This document shows, in pieces, positions 1 to 12,541 of a stretch of DNA of 64,000 nucleotides; the first letter of the stretch is position 1; each line of letters starts with the position of its first letter. The notes under the pieces were generated by a model, which worked only from the letters and a program-made list of their open reading frames with translations, had not been told where the DNA came from and did no database searches. Position numbers and translations under genes: made by a program. Origin of the DNA: Eledone cirrhosa (Eukaryota); NCBI GenBank assembly GCA_964016885.1, contig OZ024741.1, forward strand, positions 398,598,001-398,662,000, read 5' to 3'.

Positions 1-2175
1 GAAGTGTGTACTTAACGATGATGGCATACTTGCCATCACCGACACTGATAAGAAGGTAGTTTGGAAGTGTCACTATGAAAGGCTACTAAATGAGGAGAAT
101 AAATGGGAGAAAGACAGTCTCCCCCATATCGACCCAATAGAGGGACCAGCAGTGTTAGTCAAGGGGAGTATAATAAGTAAGGCAATCAAGGATATGAAGA
201 CGGGTAAGGCGGCTGGGCCTTCAGAAATAGTTGCTGAGATGCTGAAGGCATCTGGCACGGTGGGACACACCATGGTCACCCGCATAGTTAACCAAGTCGT
301 ACAGAATGGGGTTGTTCCGAAGGACTGGCATAGCAGCATCATCGTTAACTGTTATAAGGGTAAAGGAGACGCCCTAGATAGGAGTAACTATAGAGGCATT
401 AAATTAATCGACCCGGTCATGAAGGTCACGGAAAAAGTAATAGCGCAACTAATCAGAGAGAGAATTGACCTAGATGAAATGCAGTTCGGGTTTGTGTCAG
501 GCAAAAGCACCACAGACGCTCTTTTCATAGTACGACAACTACAGGAGAACTACCTAGCTAAAGGTAAACCCCTCTACTTAGCTTTTGTCGACCTGGAGAA
601 AGCCTTCGACAGAGTCCCCCGCTCCATTATCTGGTGGGCTCTTAGAAAACTAGGCGTTGACGAATGGCTTGTGAGGGCTATACAAGCCATGTATAAAGAA
701 ACAGTCAGCAAGGTTAGAATTAACAACGAATATAGTGAAGAGTTTAGCGTAAAAGTTGGCGTCCATCAGGGCTCTGTTCTCAGCCCCCTACTATTAATTA
801 TTGCCCTTCAGGCTATAACAGAGGAGTTCAAGACAGGCTGCCCATGGGAACTCCTATACGCAGACGACCTGACACTCGTAGCGGAATCAATGGCCGAGCT
901 AGAGAAGAAATTCCAAACATGGAAGCACAGCCTAGAGTCAAAAGGACTTAAAATTAACCTGGCTAAGACCAAAGTTCTAGTTTGTAGGAAAGAAAACAAG
1001 GCGGCGGTCCCTTCTGGGAAATGGTCGTGCTCGGTGTGTAGGAAAGGCGTAGGTAGAAACTCCATTTTATGTCCTAAATGCAAAGTATGGGTGCATAAAA
1101 GATGTAGTGGGATCACAGGTAAGCTAACTAAGAACATAGATTTTACATGTGGCCGGTGTTCTGGTGCAATAAGTAGCAGCAAGTGCCCACAAAATACTAG
1201 CTCTTTCAATTGCGCAGAGGGTTCTATAGAAATAGTGGACAGCTTCCGTTACTTGGGCGATAAAATCAGCAGTGGGGGAGGGTGCTCTGAAAGTACTGTA
1301 GCTAGAGTCAGAACTGGTTGGAAAAAGTTCAGAGAGCTTATACCACTATTAGCTGCTAAAGGGTTCTCCCTAAAAATGAAAGGCAGGTTGTACGATGCCT
1401 GCATACGAACAGCAATGTTGCATGGCAGTGAGACCTGGGCATTGTGTGCAGAGGATATACGCAGACTAGAGAGGAACGAAGCTTGCATGCTCCGCTGGAT
1501 GTGTAACAGTAATATACGTGAACGGCAAAGCATAAACGAACTAAGGAAAAAATTAGAGATAAGAGGGATCAGATGTTGTTTACTCGAGAGAAGGCTACGT
1601 TGGTATGGACACGTGATGCGCATGAAAGTCGATAGCTGTATAACAAAGTGCAGGGCAATAAAGATAGACGGTAGCCACGGAATAGGCAGACCTAGAAAAA
1701 CCTGGGACGAGCTGATAAACTCCGACCTCACACACTTACACCTCTCCAAGACAATGTCACTGGACCGAGACCTTTGGCGGTACTCAGTAACAGAGAAGAC
1801 CCGCCTTGCCAGTAGGCATCTCTAACAAAATACACCCCGTCCCGCCACCACCCCCACCCCATCCACACCACCCCGTTCTATGTAAAGTTATGTTGGTGCC
1901 GCACCATCCAGGCCGAAACAAATGAGATCGTGTAGGTGTCACGACAAAAAAACACACAGTCCACGCTGTCATGTGGCCGTGTAGGCAACACGGTAAAAAC
2001 CTCCCAGACCCACACTGTAAATGTGGTTGGTGTTAGGAAGGGCATCCAGCTGTAGAAAACCTGCCAGACAGTCCTATGCGAGCAAGACAATCACTCTTGC
2101 CTCAAGTGGGACTACCCCCGTCCAAACCCATGCAAGCGTGGAACACGGACGTTAAACGTTGATGATGATGATGAT
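1..2175 (+). mobile_element. RTE-clade LINE (family A), 5' part outside the window
   Basis: RT ORF, then a 3' UTR ending GGACGTTAAACGTT(GAT)n; closely similar to copies at 5779-9440 and 28681-32346. Confidence 0.95.
2..1825 (+). CDS. RTE reverse transcriptase ORF (5'-partial) with PHD-like finger insertion
   Basis: Frame open from base 2; motifs AFVDLEKAFDRV, GVHQGSVLSP, LLYADD, FRYLG, RRLRWYGHV, GRPRKTW. Confidence 0.9.
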   Translation, partial: KCVLNDDGILAITDTDKKVVWKCHYERLLNEENKWEKDSLPHIDPIEGPAVLVKGSIISKAIKDMKTGKAAGPSEIVAEMLKASGTVGHTMVTRIVNQVVQNGVVPKDWHSSIIVNCYKGKGDALDRSNYRGIKLIDPVMKVTEKVIAQLIRERIDLDEMQFGFVSGKSTTDALFIVRQLQENYLAKGKPLYLAFVDLEKAFDRVPRSIIWWALRKLGVDEWLVRAIQAMYKETVSKVRINNEYSEEFSVKVGVHQGSVLSPLLLIIALQAITEEFKTGCPWELLYADDLTLVAESMAELEKKFQTWKHSLESKGLKINLAKTKVLVCRKENKAAVPSGKWSCSVCRKGVGRNSILCPKCKVWVHKRCSGITGKLTKNIDFTCGRCSGAISSSKCPQNTSSFNCAEGSIEIVDSFRYLGDKISSGGGCSESTVARVRTGWKKFRELIPLLAAKGFSLKMKGRLYDACIRTAMLHGSETWALCAEDIRRLERNEACMLRWMCNSNIRERQSINELRKKLEIRGIRCCLLERRLRWYGHVMRMKVDSCITKCRAIKIDGSHGIGRPRKTWDELINSDLTHLHLSKTMSLDRDLWRYSVTEKTRLASRHL

Positions 2176-2182
2176 ATATGGA

Positions 2183-2538
2183 TGGAGGCACATGGCTTAG
2201 TGGTTAGAGCATTGGCCTTGCAATCGAAAGGTTGTGAGTTCAATTCTCAGACCGGGTGATGTGTTGTTTCCTTGACCTTGAGCAAGACACTTTATTTCAC
2301 ATTGCTCCAGTTTACTCAGCTGTAGAAATGAGATGATAGGGACTGGGGTCCATATCATTCCACTGCAAAGTGGTCGTGGAGGTGCCACGGCAAAAAAGCA
2401 CCCAGCACTCACTGTAAATGTGGTTGGTGTTAGGAAGGGCATCCAGCTGTAGAAATCAAGCCAGAATCAGTTCCCATCCCACCCTTGCAAGCAGGTAAAA
2501 GCGGACGTAAAATGAAATGATGAAATGATGATGATGAT
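2183..2538 (+). mobile_element. tRNA-derived SINE with RTE-like 3' tail
   Basis: A box TGGCTTAGTGG, B box GAGTTCAATTC, central CCTTGAGCAAGACACTT, RTE-UTR-like tail, (GAT)n end. Confidence 0.88.
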
Positions 2539-2746
2539 ATATATATATATATATAAATATAAACACACACATATATGTGTGTGTGTTTATATATATATAT
2601 ATAAACCCATGCAAGCGTGGAAGATGGACGTTAAACAATGATGATGATGATGAAACACACACACATATATGTATGTGTGTGTATATATATATATATATTA
2701 AGAGAGTAAAACAAAGAATCCTTTAATACATCAAAAGTTTTTATTA

Positions 2747-2784
2747 GCCGACAATGTTTCGTCCTATTAAGGACTCATCAGGGC
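2747..2784 (-). ncRNA. Minimal type I hammerhead ribozyme, intact core
   Basis: GCC CUGAUGA GUCC-UUAAUA-GGAC GAAAC AUU GUC GGC on the minus strand. Confidence 0.85.
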
Positions 2785-5550
2785 AATCAAAACAACAAGA
2801 AGTAATATCGGCAGATACAAGCCGGAAGCTCCGAAGAATATGGAGTGTACATACACTAAAGTCTTGCAAAAATATATAATAATAAAAATAAAAATAAAAA
2901 TAATAAAAACATATAATAAGAATAACTAAGGATGTATATAACATTAAGAACCATATTACAAATATAGTCCAAAGCAACTAACCTAAATCTAAACAAATGT
3001 GGTTATATAGAGCAGGAATTATATATAACACAATGTAATATAACACAATACATTATAATAATATACCTTTACCAACATTAAAATTACAATTAAAAATCAA
3101 AAGGTACAATATATACATGTATATATGTGCGCACACGCACACACACACATATACAACAATACGCACATCTATGTTCAACTACACAAATTAAGCCTTATTA
3201 GAAGTTTGAATATAAAAATAAGCATGATAAGAGTGAAAATAATACCAATACATCTACCCAATATACATGAGGCAATAATATGATATAATTACAAGAGACA
3301 CATATAATAAATAATAAACAATAAAATTATATAATTCAATATAATATAATATAATAGATAATCCCCGGTTAATTTACAGAAACAATATAGATGTCACAAT
3401 AAAATATAATGATAATATGTTAACAGTGTACTAACATTTACAATAAACAATATATACAAATCGATTCATACTGGGTTACAGAGTAAATGAGGAAAAATAA
3501 ATTATATAATACTCAAAAAAACACTATAATGGTACAGAAAAAATTATGATGGTACAGAAAAAAATATACAGACATCCTACATGATATGTAAAGTCTAAAT
3601 ATCATAATGTTACATATAATGAACAGTAAGTAATAAGGATCAATATTACAATATTACAAAAATACAGACATCTTACATGATATATAAAGTTTAAATATCA
3701 TAATGTTACATATAATGAACTGTAAGTAATAAGGATCCATATTACAATACAATATAATATAATATATTATAAATTGACATAAAATAATATATAAATACTT
3801 ATAATTACAAGGTTAGTAGACAGACATATGTGGATGTGTAAGTAAAGCCAGACAGTGAATAGTAAATAGAATATAGAATAAAATAAATAAATATAATCAA
3901 CCGGAAATTACAAAACAAAAGCAAATATATACACATTTATGCCTCACAAGCGGTTAAGAAGTTAGGTAAACACTAAGGAAAACAATCATTTTAATTAACT
4001 CAAAACCCTATTTGATAAATTAATATTAAAAATATCAAAACTATCCAATAAGGCAGTATAATATTAGCTATAGTTTAAGTCATTAAAGTTTATAAACTTT
4101 AATGTTTCGTTACAAATGTTTACAAAAAGGAATGAAATTTTTTACTATCATATACATAACGATATCTAAAAAACTGACTTAAGTAGAATTAAGGTAGGCT
4201 AATGGGGACAGAATTGATGAAATATATGGAGGGTGCAAAGGGGCATAAAATATAGTCGATATACTATAATAAATAATAGAACGGAGCGTAAAAGAGGGGG
4301 GGGGTTAAATATAATCATAGTCAATCTGGAGGGGTTGACAATAAGTTTATGTGCGCATGGGGGGAGGGGAGGGGGGGTTATAAATGTGTATATATTTGCT
4401 TTTGTTTTGTAATTTCCGGTTGATTATATTTATTTATTTTATTCTATATTCTATTTACTATTCACTGTCTGGCTTTACTTACACATCCACATATGTCTGT
4501 CTACTAACCTTGTAATTATAAGTATTTATATATTATTTTATGTCAATTTATAATATATTATATTATATTGTATTGTAATATGGATCCTTATTACTTACAG
4601 TTCATTATATGTAACATTATGATATTTAAACTTTATATATCATGTAAGATGTCTGTATTTTTGTAATATTGTAATATTGATCCTTATTACTTACTGTTCA
4701 TTATATGTAACATTATGATATTTAGACTTTACATATCATGTAGGATGTCTGTATATTTTTTTCTGTACCATCATAATTTTTTCTGTACCATTATAGTGTT
4801 TTTTTGAGTATTATATAATTTATTTTTCCTCATTTACTCTGTAACCCAGTATGAATCGATTTGTATATATTGTTTATTGTAAATGTTAGTACACTGTTAA
4901 CATATTATCATTATATTTTATTGTGACATCTATATTGTTTCTGTAAATTAACCGGGGATTATCTATTATATTATATTATATTGAATTATATAATTTTATT
5001 GTTTATTATTTATTATATGTGTCTCTTGTAATTATATCATATTATTGCCTCATGTATATTGGGTAGATGTATTGGTATTATTTTCACTCTTATCATGCTT
5101 ATTTTTATATTCAAACTTCTAATAAGGCTTAATTTGTGTAGTTGAACATAGATGTGCATATTGTTGTATATGTGTGTGTGTGTGTGTGCGCACATATATA
5201 CATGTATATATTGTACCTTTTGATTTTTAATTGTAATTTTAATGTTGGTAAAGGTATATTATTATAATGTATTGTGTTATATTACATTGTGTTATATATA
5301 ATTCCTGCTCTATATAACCACATTTGTTTAGATTTAGGTTAGTTGCTTTGGACTATATTTGTAATATGGTTCTTAATGTTATATACATCCTTAGTTATTC
5401 TTATTATATATTTTTTTTAATTATTTTTTTATTATTTTTATTTTTATTTTTATTATTATATATTTTTGCAAGACTTTAGTGTATGTACACTCCATATTCT
5501 TCGGAGCTTCCGGCTTGTATCTGCCGATATTGCTTCTTGTTGTTTTGATT

Positions 5551-5588
5551 GCCCTGATGATTCCTTAATAGGACGAAACATTGTCGGC
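5551..5588 (+). ncRNA. Minimal hammerhead ribozyme, stem II G>U variant
   Basis: GCC CTGATGA TTCC TTAATA GGAC GAAAC ATT GTC GGC; first base pair of stem II broken. Confidence 0.75.
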
Positions 5589-5778
5589 TAATAAAAACTT
5601 TTGATGTATTAAAGGATTCTTTGTTTTACTCTCTTAATTTTTTGGCTCTGTTTAACTGCATTGAGCTATACCTTTTACTGTCATTTCTATAATACGAAGA
5701 GGGTGTTTAACTCCAACACGCTCCAGTATTCTAATCCTTATATATATATATATATATATAAACACACACACATATATG

Positions 5779-8700
5779 TATCATCATCATCATCATCATC
5801 AACGTTTAACGTCCGTGTTCCACGCTTGCATGGGTTTGGACGGGGGTTTCCCACTTGAGGCAAGAGTGATTGTCTTGCTCGCATAGGACTGTCTGGCAGG
5901 TTTTCTACAGTTGGATGCCCTTCCTAACACCAACCACATTTACAGTGTGGGTCTGGGAGGTTTTTACCGTGTTGCCTAGACGGCCACATTACAGCGTGGA
6001 CTGTGTGTTTTTTTGTCGTGACACCTACACGATCTCATTTGTTTCGGCCTGGATGGTGTGGCACCAACATAACTTTACATAGAAGGGGGCGGTGTGGATG
6101 GGGTGGGGGTGGTGGGACGGGGGTGTATTTTGTTAGAGATGCCTACTGACTGTAGTAGGTTTTACTTTGTATTTAGGTAAGGCGGGTCTTCTCTATTACT
6201 GAGTACCGCCAAAGGTCTCGGTCCAGTGACATTGTCTTGGTGAGGTGTAAGTGTGTGAGGTCGGAGTTTATCAGCTCGTCCCAGGTTTTTCTGGGTCTGT
6301 CTATTCCGTGGCTACCGTCTATCTTTATTGCCCTGCACTTTGTTATACAGCTATCGACCTTCATGCGCATCACGTGACCATACCAACGTAGCCTTCTCTC
6401 TAGTAAACAACATCTGATCCCTCTTATTTCTAATTTTTTCCTTAGTTCGTTTATGCTTTGTCGTTCACGTATATTACTATTACACATCCAGCGGAGCATG
6501 CAAGCTTCGTTTCTCTCTAGTCTGCGTATATCCTCTGCACACAATGCCCAGGTCTCACTGCCATGCAACATTGCTGTTCATATGCAGGCATCGTACAGCC
6601 TACCTTTCATTTTTAGGGAGAACCCTTTAGCGGCTAATAGTGGTATAAGCTCTCTGAACTTTTTCCACCCAGTTCTGACTCTAGCTACTGTACTTTCAGA
6701 ACACCCTCCCCCACTGCTGATTTTGTCACCCAGGTAACGGAAGCTGTCCACTATTTCTATAGAACCCTCTGCGCAGTTGAAAGAGCTAGTATTTTGTGGG
6801 CACTTGCTGCTACTTATTGCCCCAGAACACCGGCCACATGTAAAATCTATGTTCTTAGTTAGTTTACCTGTGATCCCACTACATCTTTTATGCACCCAAA
6901 CTTTGCATTTGGGACATAAAATGGAGTTTCTGCCTACTCCTTTCCTACACACTGAACATAGCCACTTCCCGGAGGGGACCGCCGCTTTATTTTCTTTCTT
7001 ACAAACTAGAACTTTAGTCTTAGCCAGGTTAATTTTAAGGCCTTTTGATTCTAGGCCGTGCTTCCATGTTTGGAATTTCTTCTCTAGCTCGGCCATTGAT
7101 TCAGCTATGAGCGTTAGATCATCTGCGTATAGGAGTTCCCATGGGCAGCCGGTCTTGAACTCCACTGTTATAGCCTGGAGGGCAATAATAAATAGTAGGG
7201 GGCTAAGAACAGAGCCCTGATGAACACCAACTTTTACACTAAACTCTTCACTATATTCGTTGTTAATTCTAACCTTGCTGACTGTTTCTTTATACATGGC
7301 TTGTATAGCTCTCACAAGCCATTTATCAACACCTAGTTTTCTAAGAGCCCACCAGATAATGGAACGGGGGACTCTGTCGAAGGCCTTCTCCAAGTCGACG
7401 AAAGCTAAGTATAGGGGTTTACTTTTAGCTAGGTACTTCTCCTGTAGTTGTCGTACAATGAAAAGAGCGTCTGTGGTACTTTTGCCTGACACAAACCCGA
7501 ACTGCATTTCATCTAGATCAATTCGCTCTCTGATTAGTTGCGCTATTACTTTTTTCCGTGACCTTCATGACCTGGTCGATTAATTTAATGCCTCTATAGT
7601 TACTCCTATCTAGGGCATCTCCTTTACCCTTATAACAGTTAACGATAATGCTGCTACGCCAGTCCTTCGGAACAACCCCATTCTGTATGACTTGGTTGAC
7701 TATCCGGGTGACCATGGTGTGTCCCACCGTACCAGATGTCTTCAGCATCTCGGCAACTATTTCCGAAGGCCCAGCCGCCTTGCCTGTCTTCATATCTTTG
7801 ATTGCCTTACTTATTATACTCCCCTCGACTAACACTGCTGGTCCCTCTATTAGGTCGATGTGGGGGAGACTGTCTTTCTCCCATTTATTCTCCTCATTTA
7901 GTAGCCTTTCATAGTGACACTTCCAAGCTACCTTCTTATCGGCGTCGGTGATGGCAAGTACGCCGTCATCGTTAAGTACACACTTCTCCCCGACAATATC
8001 ACTGTTTTCCTTGACACATTGCCTAGCAATCCTGAACACCTCACGTTTTTGGTCCTCATGTTGTAGAACATGCTTGAACTTTCTTTCCTCTGCTTCCCTT
8101 CTTGCGAAGTACACTTGTCTCCTAGCTTTCCTCCTGGCCACTTGATAGTCTTCTCTGCTTCCCCCATCCCGCCATACTTTCCAAGCCTGCTTTTTGGCCT
8201 TAATTGACCCCTCCACCTTACTGTTCCACCACCATGTTACTCTCCTCCTGCCTACAGGCCTGTTCCAGCCACAGACTTCGTCTGCCGCCGTCAGCAGGTT
8301 TGCTTTCAGGAATTCCCACTGTTCCTCTACCTTGTACGTCTCTAATTGCTCTTCCTCACTGTCGAAAGCATCAAGTAATATGCTTTGGAATTTATTTTTG
8401 GCTGTGGGGTCCTTTAGCTTCCATATTTTTCTCCTGAGGATAGTCCTCTTCTGTTGTCTAGTACGTCTCGTCCTGACTATTAGGTCACTAATTATCAGTC
8501 TATGTTGGGAAGTGCATTCTTCATGGGGGAGGGATTTAGTGTTTACGACAGTCACTTTGTCACTTCTGGTAAGGATATAATCTACCTGGCTAGTATGTTC
8601 CCCTGATCTGTAGGTGATCATGTGATTGTCTCGTTTTTTGAAGTTAGTGTTGCAGATAGTTAGGTTATTTGCGTCGCAGAATTCCAGGATTCTGGAGCCT

Positions 8701-9440
8701 TCCTCATTTCTAGTACCAAACCCATAGCCTCCATGGATTTCATCGTAGCCGTCACAATGTTGTCCAACGTGACCGTTTAGGTCGCCTGCAATAATTATAT
8801 AGTCACTGTCGGTTATTTGGGAGGTAGTGAGCATCAGTGTCTCATAGAATCTGTCTTTTATAGTGCTGGGCAGTCCGGATTGGGGTGCGTACGCGGATAT
8901 TACTGTCACCGTAGTTCTATTGAGGACAAGTCTTATTTTAATTATTCTGTCGTTCACTCTATTTACGTCTATTATCTTATCTGCCCACTTTTTTGCTACC
9001 ATGATTCCTACTCCACCCAGCCCATTGTCGTTTCCCACCCAGAAAAGCTTATAGCATCGTTTTCTACCCACAATGTATCTAGCAGATCCACCCCTCCACC
9101 TGGTCTCTTGAATACAACAAACATCGACCTCCTTACGTTAGAGCGACCCTTTAAGGTGCCTACATTCAAGGTACCAAATCTGAAGTTTTGGATTGCGTTT
9201 GGGGGGTTGGAAAGGTGGGGAGCGGGGGGAGATGGGGTTATGTTAGCCATCCGCGGCCGAAACAAAGAGGCATGCTCGCATTCTCGTCCACGAGGTGTGA
9301 TTGTCTTTAACTTTGGCATTGTCGCTGAGCGTCCAGATTTTTCTCTCTTCAACTCTCCGGAACTCCGTAGTCCTTCCATCCTACATATCGAAGGCGACCA
9401 GGTAAGCGATAGTATAGGCCTCTGGCTTATGATTGGTCCA
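5779..9440 (-). mobile_element. Near full-length RTE family A LINE with disrupted APE-RT ORF
   Basis: APE motifs (GTLNVGTL, AGDLNGHVG, SQVDYIL, SQHRLI) and RT split over ORFs 9008-9379, 7518-9071, 6578-7507, 6173-6571; (CAT)n tail near 5780-5800. Confidence 0.95.
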
Positions 9441-9490
9441 CGTAATAATAATGGTGGTGTGTGGGGGCAGGAGGGAGGGGTGTTGAGTTG

Positions 9491-10181
9491 TTAGCGAGAA
9501 GGATAGGTTTAAGTGAGAACCCCGTATTAACGAACAAAAATACAAGATTTGTTTAGTAAAATACGCCAAAATCTTCCGTATTTTTACAAGCATGACAGAA
9601 ATACAAGAGATTTGTTTTGGAAAATACATGGGGAATGGAAAGAGGATAGAAAAAATGCTATTGGAAGGACTAAAAATGCTGTTGGAAGGACTATGGAGTT
9701 AGGCGTATGTTAGAAGAGGTAGAAAAATGAGTACATTACATTATAACCATGAATGAATGAAGTTCAGCCACAAGTTTGGCGAAAGTGAATTACTTTGTCT
9801 TATATATGTATATGGGTTGGGTAGAGAGAGAGAGAGGGGGGTGGTGGTGGTGATTTGACCGCATGTTGTAGAGTGTGGTGGAGGGGGAGAAGATATTAAG
9901 GAGCGGGAATTAAGAGTTTGAAATAATAACATATATTTAAAATATTGTTAAGAGTTTGAAGTAACAAATATATTTAAAATATTTGTATATGAGAAGAGTA
10001 GGTTTTAGCGAGAAGATAGGTTTAAGTGAGAACCCCGTATTAACGAACAAAAATACAAGATTTGTTTAGTAAAATACGCCAAAAACTTCCGTATTTTTAC
10101 AAGCATGACAGAAATACAAGAGATTTGTTTTGGAAAATACATGGGGAATGGAAAGAGGATAGAAAAAATGCTATTGGAAGG
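9491..10181. repeat. ~175-bp direct repeat pair (9491-9668, 10004-10181)
   Basis: TTAGCGAGAAG...GCTATTGGAAGG occurs twice, nearly identical. Confidence 0.85.
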
Positions 10182-10229
10182 TGTGTATATATATGTATAT
10201 ATATATATTTATTTATATATACAATCAAT

Positions 10230-10288
10230 GTCCCACCCTTGCAAGCAAGGAAAAGCAGACATAAAATGATGATGATGATACACACATA

Positions 10289-10338
<50 letters not shown>

Positions 10339-11700
10339 AACATATCTATCATCATCATCATCGTTTAACGTCCGTGTTCCACGCTTGCATGGGTTTGGAC
10401 GGAGGGTTTTCCCACTTGAGGCAAGAGTGATTGTCTTGCTCGCATAGGACTATCTGGCGGGTTTTCTACAGCTGGATGCCCTTCCTAACACCAACCACAT
10501 TTATATATATATATTTATTTATATATATACTTGATAAATTCCGACCTCACACACTTACACCTCTCCAAGACAATGTCACTGGACCGAGATCTTTGGCGCT
10601 ACACAGTAATAGAGAAGACCCGCCTTACCTAAGTGCAAAGTGAAACCTACTACAGTCAGTAGGCACCTCTAACAAAATACACCCCATCCCACTACCCCCA
10701 CCCCATCCACACCACCCCTTTCAATGTAAAGTTATGTTGGTACCACAACATCCAACCCGAAACAAATGAGGTCGTGTAGGTGTCACGACAAAAAAAACAC
10801 AGTCCATGCTGTAATGTGGCCGTGTAGGTAACACGGTAAAAACCTCCCAGTTCCACACTGTACATGTGGTTGGTGTTAGGTAGGGCATCCAGCTGTAGAA
10901 AACCCGCCAGACAGTCCTATGCGAGCAAGACAACCACTCTTGCCTCAAGTGGGAAAACTCCCGTCCAAACCCATGCAAGCGTGGAATATGGACGTTAAAC
11001 GATGATGATGATGATGATACATATCTATAAATACACATGACCGTGACCTCTGGCGTCACGCAGTAATACAGAGTACCCGACCTCCCATGGGTACAAGCTG
11101 AAGCATATAGACAATATGCCCCCACACCCTCCCACTGCAAGGTGGTCGTGGAGGAGCCACGGCAAAAAAGCACCCAGCCCACACTGTAAAGTGGACGTGT
11201 AGGCGCCACGAAAAAGCACCCAGCACTCACTGTAAATGAGGTTGGTGTTAGGAAGGGCATCCAGCTGTAGAAATCAAGCCAAAATCAGTTCCTGTATGAG
11301 CAAGGCATGGTCAGCCGACCAGACACTGCCCACAACAGGACAACCCGTCTAACCCATGTTAGCGTGGAAGAACGGACGTAAAACGGTGATGATGATGATA
11401 TTTATTTATTTATATATACATACATATCTATATATATCTATATCATCATTTCATTTTACGTCCGCTTTTCCCTGCTTGCAAGGGTGGGACGGGAACTGAT
11501 TCTGGCTTGATTTCTACAGCTGGATGCCCTTCCTAACACCAACCTCATTTACAGTGAGTGCTGGGTGCTTTTTTTTTCGTGGCACCTCCACGACCACTTT
11601 GCAGTGGAATGATATGGACCCCAGTCCCTATCGTCTCATTTCTACAGCTGCGTAAACTGGAGCAATGTGAAATAAAGTGTCTTGCTCAAGGAAACAACAT
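10230..11700. mobile_element. Cluster of 5'-truncated RTE 3' ends (10347-10500 -, 10531-11017 +, 11035-11399 +) and a SINE part (11440-11699 -)
   Basis: Match to family A and B 3' UTRs with (GAT)n tails, separated by (TA)n. Confidence 0.85.
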
Positions 11701-12541
11701 ATATATATATATATATATGTGTGTGTGTATATATATATTATATACACGCATATCTATATATATTTGTAAACAAAATAATTTGAAGTGTTTGAATATCTTC
11801 CTGTAGAAACTCTACAGAGTGATGGAGGTGAAATACTTTAATACAATGGAAGAATGGTAAACAAAACATTTAAAATTCCACAGCTTCAAAGTACACACAA
11901 TATCTGGGACTGTTATTGTTGTACTCCCACGTAAACCATTCAATGAAAGGCATTCCAGCCATGACCATCCTGATATGTAATTTGAATTTATGCCAGCAAA
12001 GGTGTGTGGTTCAGTGGTTAGAGAATTGTTTGCAATCGGAAGGTTGAGAGTTCAATTTCAGGACTGGGTGGTATGTTATGTCCTTGAGCAAGACACTTTA
12101 TATCACATTGCTCCTTCTGCCAGGAGTTGTGACTGTTAGATAGTATCAGCAATGGAAATACCAATGGAAACATTGTTTCCTTGGTCCAATTTAACAAGTT
12201 CCACCCTAATCAGTAAGTGAATGAGGTCTGGGATGTTGTTGATTGATTCCTTCAAGTATCTTGATCTGCCAGGAGTTGTAAACAGTAGATAGTACCAACA
12301 ATGGAACAAGCAATGGAAACATTGTTTCCTTGGTCCAATTTGACAAGTTCCACCCCACTTGGTAAGGGAACAAAGATCTGGGGTCTTGTTGACCACTTTA
12401 AAAAAAAAAAACTAAATCAAGAAAACTAATTCAACATGGAGTAATAAGTTGTATACACATTTTTGATCTGCATAATACTGATACTAATACTAATACTGAT
12501 ATTAATACTAATACTAATACTTTCTTATTGTTTCTCTACAG

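Larger units (their letters stand above)
2697..5738. mobile_element. Penelope-like non-coding element in inverted configuration (arms 2697-3940 and 4380-5638)
   Basis: Arms are near-exact reverse complements; each has a hammerhead motif near its outer end; flanked by (TA)n. The inverted repeat is seen directly; the Penelope assignment is inferred. Confidence 0.75.

Noticed and set aside
808-1749. Long antisense ORFs over RTE and Tx1 coding regions
   Set aside because: They are shadow frames with no motifs and recur only because the elements are homologous.
2183-2260. tRNA gene
   Set aside because: The A/B boxes run on into a SINE body and LINE-like tail, and the unit is multi-copy.
1-7990. 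An 8-kb palindrome made of RTE(+), the inverted repeat and RTE(-)
   Set aside because: The two RTE copies differ at many sites and by an indel near the stop codon, unlike the near-identical inner arms. They are independent insertions.
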